Below are positions 53,360-64,000 of a stretch of DNA of 64,000 bases, one piece after another (within the stretch, counting starts at the first letter, position 1; each line of letters starts with the position of its first letter). A model generated the notes under the pieces. It was given only the letters and a program-made list of their open reading frames with translations. It searched no databases and was not told the DNA's origin. A program made the position numbers and the translations under genes. The stretch covers positions 57,350,001 to 57,414,000 of the forward strand of contig NC_043010.1 of the NCBI RefSeq assembly GCF_006345805.1. Reading direction: 5' to 3'. This DNA comes from Octopus sinensis. Its lineage: Eukaryota.

Positions 53360-56040
53360 ATACAAAAACTCCCAGCTATCTGCTTAGTAGTCCAGTACTG
53401 TATTTCTCCAGTCACCTGGACAATAGTCTAGTGTCTTAATTTTATGGTCATTTGGTCTGTACTTCAGTACATTAAATTTCCATCCATCTTCTGAGTAGTC
53501 AAATACATTGGCCAAAATAAGTTTAAGACCAATGATAACAGTTCTATTCCTTCATTAATTTACTTTTAACAAAACTGTATAAAATTATTTTACTTTTTAC
53601 AGTTTATGTAGAATTTTTTCTCTCTTTCAAATGATATAGGTGTTATGTATCTTTCTACAATTTGAATAATTCTAATGCGCAATTAATTCAAATGATTAGA
53701 AATTGCCAGCAAAATAAGTTTAAGACTGTACCAACATTATTTTGTTTAAATTGAAAATTTACAGCGCAAATGATCAATGAACCAAAATTTATTATTAGTA
53801 TCTAATTCCATTATTTTCAATTACGGCCTTACAATGGTGGGACACGGAGTTCGACAAATGAGCAGAAAAGTCACTTGGAATGTTCTGCCATATTTCTTCA
53901 ATAAAATTATATAATTGGGACAAATTTGTTGTTTTTTTTTTTAGCATGAACTCTTTTAGAAACATAATTCCTTAAATTTCCTATTGGATTCAAATCCAGG
54001 CTCAACAGAGGTCGCTCAACAACCACCTTGTTATTGCACTCAAAATATTGCAAAACTTTCCTAGCCTTATGAAGGGGGCAATTGTCCTGCTGGAAAATAG
54101 GTCCCAGTGGCAGCTGATTATTTAAATATGGCAGCACATTTTCATTTACTAATTGTAGACAGGCAACACTGTTCAGTCTGCCATCAGCCTTAACAATTGG
54201 ACCAACACCTAAACTGCTGAACATGGCCCACATCCTTATCTCCCCCCCCACCTCCTGCTTGTGTCATATTCTTGACACACTTAGGATGGAATTCTTCAGT
54301 TGGACAACATCTAACATAAGTCTTTCCATCTGATCCAAAGATGCAGAAGCAGAATTCATCATTCCAAAGAACTTTTGAACAGTCTTTGGTTGTCCATTTA
54401 ATATGGCTTTTGGAAAACTTGATCCGCTTCCGCCAGTTTGTCTAAGAAGTTATTGGCTTCTTTTGAGCTATCCAGCTGAATTGTCCAAATTCTTTTAGGT
54501 GGTTTCTGACAGTTTGTGTTGTAAAGCTGATGCCAGTGTCATCAGATAATTGCTTGCAAATGTCCACTGCTGTTAGCATTTGCTTACCTTCAGAGAGCCT
54601 ATGAATTCATCGATCCATCTGTTTTTCTCAGAGCACCCATTCTTTGCCGATCTTTCTTTTGGCCAGTGGCTTCATAAAGCTTCCATGCTTGAACACAGGC
54701 CGTTTTGCTGCATCCTAATTGCTTGCTAATGTTCATAAAGGACACCTTTTGCTGAAGAAGCAATATGATCTTTAATCTAGTGACCGGGTTGATACTACAA
54801 CACTTTCCCATTAATCTATAACAATGATTGATTATTAAACAAAACAGTCTAGTACGACCAGCCATATGACCACCCAGTTGGTTTATTAATTTGCATAATC
54901 TTGGTCTTAAACTTATTTTGCTAACAGTTTCTAATCATTTCAATTAATTGTGCATTAAAATTATTCAAATTGTAGAAAGATATATAACGCTTATATCATT
55001 CGAAAGAGAAAAAAATTCTACATAGACTGTAAAAAATAAAATAATTTTATACAGTTTTGTTAAAAATATATTAATGAAGGAACAGAACTGTCCTCATTGG
55101 TCTTAAACTTATTTTGGCCAGTGTACCTTAATTTGAAAACCATCAGCTCTGTGGTCCAGGACCTTAATTTCCCAATCATCTGATTTGTAGCCCAGTATCT
55201 TGGATTCACAGCTATCTGGTCAGTGAAGCAATACCTGAATTACCCAGCCAGTTGTCCCTACCTTAATTTCCCAGCCAATGACTCAGTACCTTATTTTCCC
55301 AGTCATTTGGTGAGGAATTAAGTTAATTTCTCATGGATCTCGTCCAGTAAATAAAGCACACTGCCATCTTATTTACCTTAATTTTCCAGCCTCCTGGTCA
55401 GAGGCCAGGAACATTTCAACCAGTCACCTGGCAAAGATCCAGTCCCTTATTTTCCAGCTATCTTTGAATCATCCACTACCTTAACACCCCAGGCATCTAA
55501 TTTTCTGGCCATATTTTCAGTAGTTTTTTTTTACCTTGATTGTCCAGCTATCTGGTGTGTCTGACCACCCAGCTTTACCCAATAGTCCAGTACCTTAATT
55601 CCCAGCCAATGACTCAGTACCTTATTTTCCCAGTCATTGGTGAGGAATAAGTTAATTTCTCATGGATCTCGTCCAGTAAATAAAGCACACTGCCATCTTA
55701 TTTACCTTAATTTTCCAGCCTCCTGGTCAGAAGGCCAGGAACATTATCAACCAGTCACCTAGGCAAAGATCCAGTCCCTTAATTTTCCAGCTATCTTGTG
55801 AATCATCCACTACCTTAACACCCCAGGCATCTAATTTTCTGGCCATATTTTCAGTAGTTTTTTTTTACCTTGATTGTCCAGCTATCTGGTGTGTCTGACC
55901 ACCCAGCTTTACCCAATAGTCCAGTACCTTAATTCCCCAGCCTGAGAGTTAGTGGTCATTGCCTTAATTTCCCAGCTATCTGATCAGTGGTTAAGTTCTT
56001 AAATTTCTCAGCCATCTGATATAAAGCCTTAATTAACTTA
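53360..56040. repeat. Diverged ~36-bp minisatellite (AGTCCAGTACCTTAATTTCCCAGCCATCTG core) split by Tc1, with an internal ~333-bp tandem duplication
   Basis: Units are present on both sides of the Tc1; 55260-55592 is repeated at 55593-55932. Confidence 0.75.
53506..55123 (-). mobile_element. Tc1-family transposon with IR/DR ends, inactive
   Basis: ~215-bp TIRs, each with an internal direct repeat of AAAATAAGTTTAAGAC; TA duplication at 53504-53505 and 55124-55125; transposase with HTH region, WNDE, FQQDNCPLH and SLDLNPIGNL (E lost); stops and frameshifts. Confidence 0.92.
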
Positions 56041-56588
56041 TTCTACTAATCCATAGTACTCTACTAATCACTAGTACCTGTTATTAATTTGACTAATCTT
56101 TATTTTACAATTTGGGATTTTCTTATTTAAATCTCCTTCAATGGATGAAAAATTAAAAGTTCATCCGGGAAGGATTTTCTCTCTCTCTGTGGACACTCAC
56201 ACTCACCATCCTTACATAAGTATTTGTGCAGAGATGCCAAGTGTTGTTCTTTATTCTTGAATTAATATCTACAAATTGTGTTGTGTTAGGGTCTGAATTT
56301 ACACTGGAGATAAGTTAGATTGTAAATGTAAGGATTAAGTTTGTTTCAAAATGTGTCTTAAGTCTATAATCCGGTTGTTTTTGTTATTAAATATGGCATT
56401 AACATCTGCAGAGTAGATACTGTGGCTGTGTCTTACAACTTTGGTTTCTAGTTAGCCATTTAGAATGCCATGGATGTTTTCCAGAATGGTAGACTTCAAG
56501 CCAACGTATCAGTGTTGCCTAGATTTCCCTGTCAATAAAGCAAAGGGGTCTTAGTGGGGCCATGTGAGGGTTTTTTCCATGATTTTAC

Positions 56589-56766
56589 TTAGCGGGTATT
56601 TTTATTGTGTGATATCTGTACACATTATCCAATATTAAGTTCAAAGTTTCCATTACTGCGACTCTGGTCAAAGACTTCTCATCTTCAACAATTGCATGTT
56701 GTAGAATCCTTTTTAACCATTCACAAAGCACTAAATTCTGCCGGCTCACCAATTTTCTGTTTATTT
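56589..56766 (-). CDS. Candidate host-gene exon, helical-repeat-like text
   Basis: TTGATTTAG acceptor and AA|GTAAAA donor; INRKLVSRQNLVLCEWLKRILQHAIVEDEKSLTRVAVMETLNLILDNVYRYHTIKIPA. Confidence 0.4.
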
Positions 56767-57479
56767 CTAAATCAATGAAGCTTCAAAGAGTTTCATTGCA
56801 TTTAAGTGCTTTGGTCACTGTCACGATTTCTTGTTTTTCAATGGGGAAGACCAGTTATAGGATAGATTTTATAAGCTTTGTGCGTGTGTGTGTGTGTGTG
56901 TGTATTGTTTGCATGTGTGTATGTGTGTTGTTTGTGCACATGTGTGTTTGTTTGTGTGTGTGTTTTTGCAAGGATGTAGGACCTTCTTGTAGTGTCTTTT
57001 TTCCTTTTCTTAATTACATTAATTATATGAAAGTCGTTGACGTTAGTTTAACGTATGAAGAAATTCTGTAATGTTTGGTCAGTCGACTTTTTGCATGATT
57101 GACCATGATTAATAACCATGAGTGACCATGACTGACCATGACCTGTTGTAAGTCTATTGCTCTTATGTTCAGGTTCAATTTCAATTTATTTTCCTCCTCT
57201 CATATCTATCAACTTTTCTTTCTTCCTTATCCCACACCTTGTTGTCAGCTGGGTTTGCTATGTCTATGATCCAGCATAGTTTGTTTTCTTTCTCAATTCT
57301 TTCTCAATTAATAATAATTGCTAGTTGAAATTATTATTATTATTATTATTATTACTATCTCTTTTACACTTTTGCTTTGGCAGATGATACACTGAAACTA
57401 TACCAAAAGAGCAGGTCATAGCCACTGGCCGAAGGTCTTTTGGTCACTCTTTCTCCTTCAAATTTCTAACACCTGTAAA

Positions 57480-57832
57480 ACTGTAAAAAATAAAATAATT
57501 TTATACAGTTTTGTTAAAAATATATTAATGAACAGAACTGTCCTCATTAGTCTTAAACTTATTTTGGCCAGTGTACCTTAATTTGAAAACCATCAGCTCT
57601 GTGGTCCAGGACCTTAATTTCCCAATCATCTGATTTGTAGCCCAGTATCTTGGATTCACAGCTATCTGGTCAGTGAAGCAATACCTGAATTACCCAGCCA
57701 GTTGTCCCTACCTTAATTTCCCAGCCAATGACTCAGTACCTTATTTTCCCAGTCATTTGGTGAGGAATTAAGTTAATTTCCCATGGATCTCGTCCAGTAA
57801 ATAAAGCACACTGCCATCTTATTTACCTTAAT
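57480..57832 (+). repeat. Direct duplicate of 55026-55382 (outer ~98 bp of the Tc1 right end plus ~260 bp of flank)
   Basis: Near-identical; differs by a 4-bp deletion and a few substitutions. Confidence 0.9.
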
Positions 57833-57960
57833 ATATCTCAAGAACCACTGGTTGGATTCGGATGAAACTTTCAGGAGTGTTTGGCCTCGTGACTGGCACA
57901 AACTGCTTAGATTTTGGGATCGATCCAGGCCGGACAAGGATTCTGGATTATTTTCTGTTA
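57831..57960 (+). mobile_element. Possible non-autonomous Helentron/DINE-like fragment
   Basis: ATATCTCAAGAACC...GGATTxxGATGAAACTTT...TTAGATTTTGGG resembles this class from memory only. Confidence 0.3.
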
Positions 57961-58350
57961 TATTTACTTTTCTTTACATGATTACAATCTTACGTTAACT
58001 TCCAAGTGTTTCTCAGTTATCTCCCTTTAGGCTGCAACTATTTTGAATGGTGAACTTGTTGACTTTGGCTTGTATTAGATAGGGATAAACCATTTATTAC
58101 TGTGACTAAATTTTCTACACCCACCTTCACATTCCATGACTACCATTGGGATTGATAAGGTTCCAGTTTTTTTCACTTAATTTTTGAGAACAGTTGGGTT
58201 CATTTTTAGTATTTGTGAGAGCAGTTGCATTTATTTCAGATATTCTCAGTTTAAAAATCGTTTCTGGTTAATTGTTGAGAGGACGTTGGTGTTGCCTTGG
58301 AGGAGGTTTGCATTCTCTGAGTTCTCTTATTATTATTATTATTATTATTA

Positions 58351-59175
58351 TCATACATATTGCTTTCGTTTTGTATTTGTACAAGTTGACTCCAGGGTTC
58401 ACCCAGAGACCTCAAGAGACAACAAGTTAGAAGTTATGTTGGTGTTATGCCCAGAGAGCCATATATTTGGTTTTGCACAGAGTATTGTTCTAGAAAGTGT
58501 CTGTCAAAACATAAGTAACTTAGAAGTTTGTTTTAAAAGTAATTTGATTCTAAGACGAGAGTCTGATGTGAAGATGACAGGAAAAAGTGTTTACTGTTTT
58601 CTACATTTAAAAGTATTTTGACACTCTTTATGGATTGAAATATTTTGGGGATTGCATAGACAATATTTTATGTAGGATGTGGTAGTTCCCATGAGCCCTA
58701 TCTTTTGAAGTTATGCCATTTTGGGGTTTCCTGGTATCTGAGCTAGGTAGCAATCAGCCCCTTTTGTTATCATTCCTAGAGTACCTATGACAACAGGTAT
58801 TGTTTTAGCCTTGAGGTTCCACATTTTGCCAATTTCTATTTCAAGATCTTTTTACTTGCTCAGTTTTTGGTAGGTCTTGACAGATATGGTTATATCGATT
58901 GGGACAATCATATCAATGAGGAGGCATGATTTTTGTCTGAAGTCCTTCAATGTAATTCCTGGCCTATTCGTATCTATCTTTCTGTCAGCTTGAACGGGGA
59001 AGTTCCAAAGAGTGAGATGTGGTCATTTTGAAGCACTGGTGGTGGTTTGTGTTTCCGCCAGTTTTTATCATGGGGCAGGTCCAAGTCTTTGCAAATTAAC
59101 CAGTGAATGTACTGTGCTGCTCTATCATACCTGTTGAGATACTCTGTAGGTGCAAGAAGACTGCACATGGAGTTG
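58351..59175 (-). mobile_element. 5'-truncated RLE-type LINE (R4/Dong-like)
   Basis: CSLLAPTEYLNRYD...IHWLIC, NRP(G)I...LIDMIVP...K*KDL...IPVVIGTLG; (TAA)n on both sides. Confidence 0.8.
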
Positions 59176-59210
59176 TTATTATTGACATTATTATTACTAT
59201 TATTATTATT

Positions 59211-59475
59211 AAAAATCTTGAGGAGTACATGGAACAAATAGGGGCTGCAATAACGGTGGAGCACTTGCAGAAAACAGCACTGTTTGGACCCGCTCGGATA
59301 CTGCGGATGGTGCTTGCAAAATAAGGGGTGTTACCTTAGTTCACTGCTAGTGAACAGCTGACACTGTAGTACATCTCCAGCGTTAGAAGCTGTGCAAAGG
59401 CAATAATAACAACAACAACAACAACAACAACAACAATAACAATAATAATAATATAATATAATAATAATAATAAAT
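59211..59475 (+). mobile_element. 3' end of a second RLE-type LINE with (AAT/AAC)n tail
   Basis: LEEYMEQIGAAITVEHLQKTALFGPARILRMVLAK* followed by a short UTR. Confidence 0.7.
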
Positions 59476-59655
59476 AAACAAACATTAAAACAGATAAAAA
59501 AGATCAGAGAGACAGGAGGCCTGTTTCTTTCTGATATAAAATCTCCTCATTTTTGATGTTTTTCTGGTTTATTTTTGAATTTCTCACGAAGAGATAAAGA
59601 ACTGGTCTGCAAAGCAGAAACAAAACTCTTCTATTAGAATTCAAGCAACATCTCT

Positions 59656-59713
<58 letters not shown>

Positions 59714-59769
59714 ATGTATGTGTACGTAAGCTTTTGTATGCATGTGTGCATCTCCATATGTTTATGTCA

Positions 59770-60180
59770 TTATGCATTAGTTTCAGCTTGTGAGCCATGG
59801 CCATTCTGGGGCATCACCGTTTACATTGCTACACTTTCACAAAACCTCCTTTGATCTGTGAGATTTGGTGAATGAAGGAGTTTGATGTAGGTCTCTTAAG
59901 CTCTGTGGGAGGATATTGAAGAGCTGTGGGCCCTTGAAATTCAAGCTGCTGTAGTATCTGGTCTTGTATCCTAGAGGACCATCATGGTTTTCTGTTCTCT
60001 CATTCTGAAAGTTCCAAAGATCCCAGCCAGCTCTCTGCATTTTAGTGCCAACTTAGGAATGTAAACCTGGAAAGATGCATCACCACTCATGCCAATACTC
60101 AGGTCACACACTGATTTTGATTCAGGGATGCTTGTTAAAGAATTGTAAACCTCTACTCCACCAAATGTATTGAGTATTCC
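59770..60180 (-). mobile_element. CR1/Jockey-group LINE 3' fragment
   Basis: YYSSLNFKGPQLFNILPQSLRDL motif. Confidence 0.6.
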
Positions 60181-60270
60181 TTCAGTTTAATGTAAAATTG
60201 TTATTATTATAGCATGAAAAAAAAACATTAACATATATATATATATATTATATATATTTATATATATATT

Positions 60271-60363
<93 letters not shown>

Positions 60364-62305
60364 TATACAAGCAAAACCTCTCAAATGTTTCATATATTTT
60401 TGTAGTTCCATTAATGACTTGTAATTGTAACTTTTTAATTAACCTCATCCATGTCTGCTTATCTAACGAACGAGGAACCAAGCATTGTTCTCAAGTGCTC
60501 TAGTTTGTGTACAATACCTCATTAACTCTAGCAGACAGTAAATTTCGAAAAAGAAAATAAATTAAAATATTAATCAGAAACATTATTCGCAAGTAATCAG
60601 AAAATTTTTGACAGATTTTATTATATATAAATAGTATAACAAGTAAAATTTTGTTTCAATTTAAAATTTCTGTCTTATATTACAGGAGATGGGACAAAAT
60701 GCATGGGAAAAAAAAAAAGAATTACTGTTTAAATTGGTGTTTTAATAGTCATTAAAAAAACTGTTTTTCTTTTTCTGTTGGGAAAGTTGTGCACTCTTTA
60801 GTAAATGGAGGTAGTTCTTGATGAAAGTTTTAACACAGCTGACATGTTTGAATGAAAGAGAGGCTGTCTTTTCTTAAGATTTGTTCATGTTTCCATTTTG
60901 ATCAAAATAATTCGATCATATTTCAAACAATATGTCCACGAACCCAAATAATTTGTGATAAAACATTGTTAAGTCTCAGAGCTGTGTACCTCCTCTTTAG
61001 CTTTGTGTTTTTTTTAAAATTTTATTTCAAATAATTTTTGATTCTTATTTTTTGCGTCAGACATTGATGAGTTAATGATTAAAAATGTTTAATATTGACA
61101 AATTTAGCTGACATTAAATCATTTGAGAAGGTAAAAACAATTTTCTAGATTAATTCTATAATAAGAAGGGGGTGAGGCGGGGGTGGAGGGTTGGTGGAGA
61201 AAAACATTTGTAAAAAGAAATGAAAGTCAGATTGAAATGGGAGATTAAGAATTGGTAGAAAGAGTCGTTAAAATGATGAAGAAATGCAAGTAAATGTACA
61301 ATATCAGGAGAAGCAGTAGCAGCAGCAGCAGCAGCAGAAAAGAGCAAATGAAGAATTCAGGAGGAAAAAAAAACAAAGACAAATAAATAAAAAAGAACCC
61401 ACAAAACAAAAATAAGAGTGTTTAAGTTTTGGTGATTTGTTGAAGAGAGACAAACCCAATAATAATATTTAGAAGTGTTTAATGGGCTGACAACGTAGCT
61501 TTTGGTTTCATTGATTCTACACAAAATATGATTGCACAAACAGATCTACCCACTTAGATTCTTGATGGATACACAATGGAAACCCCTGGCTGCCATCCAG
61601 GTAAGGAACAACGAATATTGGTAGCAGGATATAAATGTAGGTTATCCAACATGTCTTTTGTGTGCATGTGTGCGTGTGTGTGTATGTGTGTGTGTATATA
61701 TATATACATAAGCTACAAATATATGCATACACATATATACCCACATATGTATATATATGTCATTATATATATGTATATATATATATAACATAAATATAAA
61801 TATACATATATACCTATATATATATATGTATATATGTATGAATATACATATGTATATGTATGTATGCATTGATAGGCAGCCACTTTATAACCATTTATAA
61901 ACAAGAAGTGAATGATTATATTTCAATATTGTTTATATATATGCATACATACATATGTACATGTATATCTATATATATATGAATATATATATATATGTGT
62001 ATATATATATATATGTATGTATATGCATGTATGCATGTATATATGTGCATATGCATATATATGTGTATGTATGTATGTGTGTATGAATGTATGTGTATGT
62101 GTATGTGTGTGTGTGTGTACATATTATATACTTTTATTTTGTTGAGAAATGATTTGCATGGACAAGAGCTGAATATGTATGTATCTATGTATATATATAT
62201 GTGTGTGTGTGTGTGTATATATATAAATATTTATATATATATATATATATATATAATGCCTCTCTTTCTCAGAGAGAGAGAGAAGGATTGTGCATATGTG
62301 AGTAT

Positions 62306-62357
<52 letters not shown>

Positions 62358-62469
62358 CTTTGTATGTATTACAGTGTATAGATGTAAGTATATGTACAAA
62401 ACATTGGTGTGTGTAAGCACAAATTTGATTGATTGATTGCAGTCTGTGAATCTCACTGACCATTAGTCC

Positions 62470-62552
62470 TGGTGTACTCCACAAACCAGTGCTAGTGTAC
62501 TCCACTGACCAGTCATAGTGTACTCCACTGGTCAGTCACTGTTGTACTCCAC
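62470..62552. repeat. 23-bp minisatellite, four units (GTGTACTCCAC core)
   Basis: Cores at ~62472, 62495, 62518 and 62542. Confidence 0.8.
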
Positions 62553-64000
62553 AAAGTACGTGAAATGTGCAATTATCACAAGAAGGGTTTCATATATGAG
62601 TCTTGATGTTGCTTCTTATCACCGGAACCTGGTGTGGGGCGTTTGAAATCATAGAGTGCTGTAAAGAAACAGAGAATGGTTGTTATGATGGGTCTTGGAG
62701 GCAATACAGAAGAAAAGAATTAGATTCATTTTAAAGACACATATAAGAAGAACACAGAATGTTCAGAAATGATGGTGTTAAGATGCAGCAATAATATTTA
62801 CCAATACTAGCATTATTTGAATGTTCTGGAATGATTCAATGTCTCTCATAACTTGTCAAAGTCTTTTCAGATGTGATTGATCTTAGTCCACTTGTATTAA
62901 TTATAAACTGATTGATAAATGTTCCTGCAATTACCAGAATTATTATTAATTTAGTCACCAGACCAGTGTAATTTTGTTAGTTTCTCAGCCCGCTTCTGCC
63001 CATCGTTACAGCCATTTGGTATTGTTATGTTGAAAATACAACATGTAAGATAGCATGTGACCTGTTTGGGTGTGGAAGAGCCACAGTGCTATCACTGTAT
63101 CGTTTTGTTAAGCAGGAAAAAGATTAAAGGAGTGCCTGAGGGTATTTTGTTGAAGTAGCTAAAGCTGGAGAGTGAGGTGTCTATGGTGAACAGATTTACT
63201 TTATTATCGTGTCTCCAAATATATTTTGTCAGAGCTTGAGTGGGGCATCTTGATAAAATAGGATGTCATGTTGCCAAAAATGGACCACAAAAGGAACAAT
63301 TGTCCTCTCTAAGAATTAGTGATGTTCAGGGTGAGGGGTTTATCAAGTGACCCTAATCTAGTGGGGCTTTGGTCAATGATATCCCAGTCATAAGTATCCC
63401 ATCTGTTCAGCAGGCTGAGTGTATCTAGGATTACATCATGCTATGTGTTTTCCTTTTTCAGCAGTAGCAAATGGTTTGAGAGAGATATGCCTGTGTCCAG
63501 TGGATCAAGTGGCAACATTGAAACTCTGTTGTTGGTTTAAACATCACTTCGTTAAAGCATTCAACTATGGTTAGTTATACTGGACAAATATAATTGACTC
63601 TAATAGAAATGAATTCTATTGACCACTGGCCAACATATGGTAACTGGATTAATAAAGAAAATCACAACTGATTTGTGATTTCAAGGACACATTCTGCCCA
63701 CTTCCACTCCACACCTTTTCTGCCATTCCATCATGACAGGATCTCTCCATTTTGATCTATACATATTCTTCAATTCCAATGTAACACACACACACAGAGG
63801 CATGGATACAAGCAAACATGTATATAATCTACACACACACACACCACACACACACACACACACACAGAAAAGCAACATGCAGGGGCCTATTGGAGCATTA
63901 TAATTCATCCCTGCCCAACAGAACTAAGATGGCCTACATTAGGAATGAGACTCACAGGATGCATAGGCAAGGAAACAAAAACACTACCACCATACAATCC

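Noticed and set aside
62470-62552. CRISPR-like repeat-spacer look
   Set aside because: Core only 11 bp, spacers 12-13 bp and similar to each other, eukaryotic context, no cas genes.
62600-63640. Possible decayed retroelement on the minus strand
   Set aside because: Composition is suggestive but no diagnostic motif could be reconstructed.

Overview
Eukaryotic, AT-rich, microsatellite-saturated window that is almost entirely non-coding. The repeat make-up (tRNA-headed SINEs, RTE-derived SINEs with (GAT)n tails, very long TA/CA/TATC tracts) looks like an octopod cephalopod genome; this is an inference. Almost all ORFs in the supplied track are microsatellite artefacts. Supportable features: decayed LINEs (RTE, CR1/L2-like, RLE-type R4/Dong-like), a decayed Penelope-like element (RT plus GIY-YIG), a 1.6 kb Tc1 element with IR/DR ends and TA duplication, a deleted mariner, a MITE with perfect TIRs, a ~3.0 kb CAG/CAA tract, a 36-bp minisatellite and a 100-N gap with duplicated flanks. 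The most notable signal is a set of seven minimal type I hammerhead-ribozyme motifs: one in a tRNA-headed SINE, four in short (TA)n-flanked elements, and two on opposite arms of a 425-bp palindrome. Several splice-bounded open segments may be exons of host genes, but I could not identify a protein. Element boundaries are approximate unless termini are quoted.
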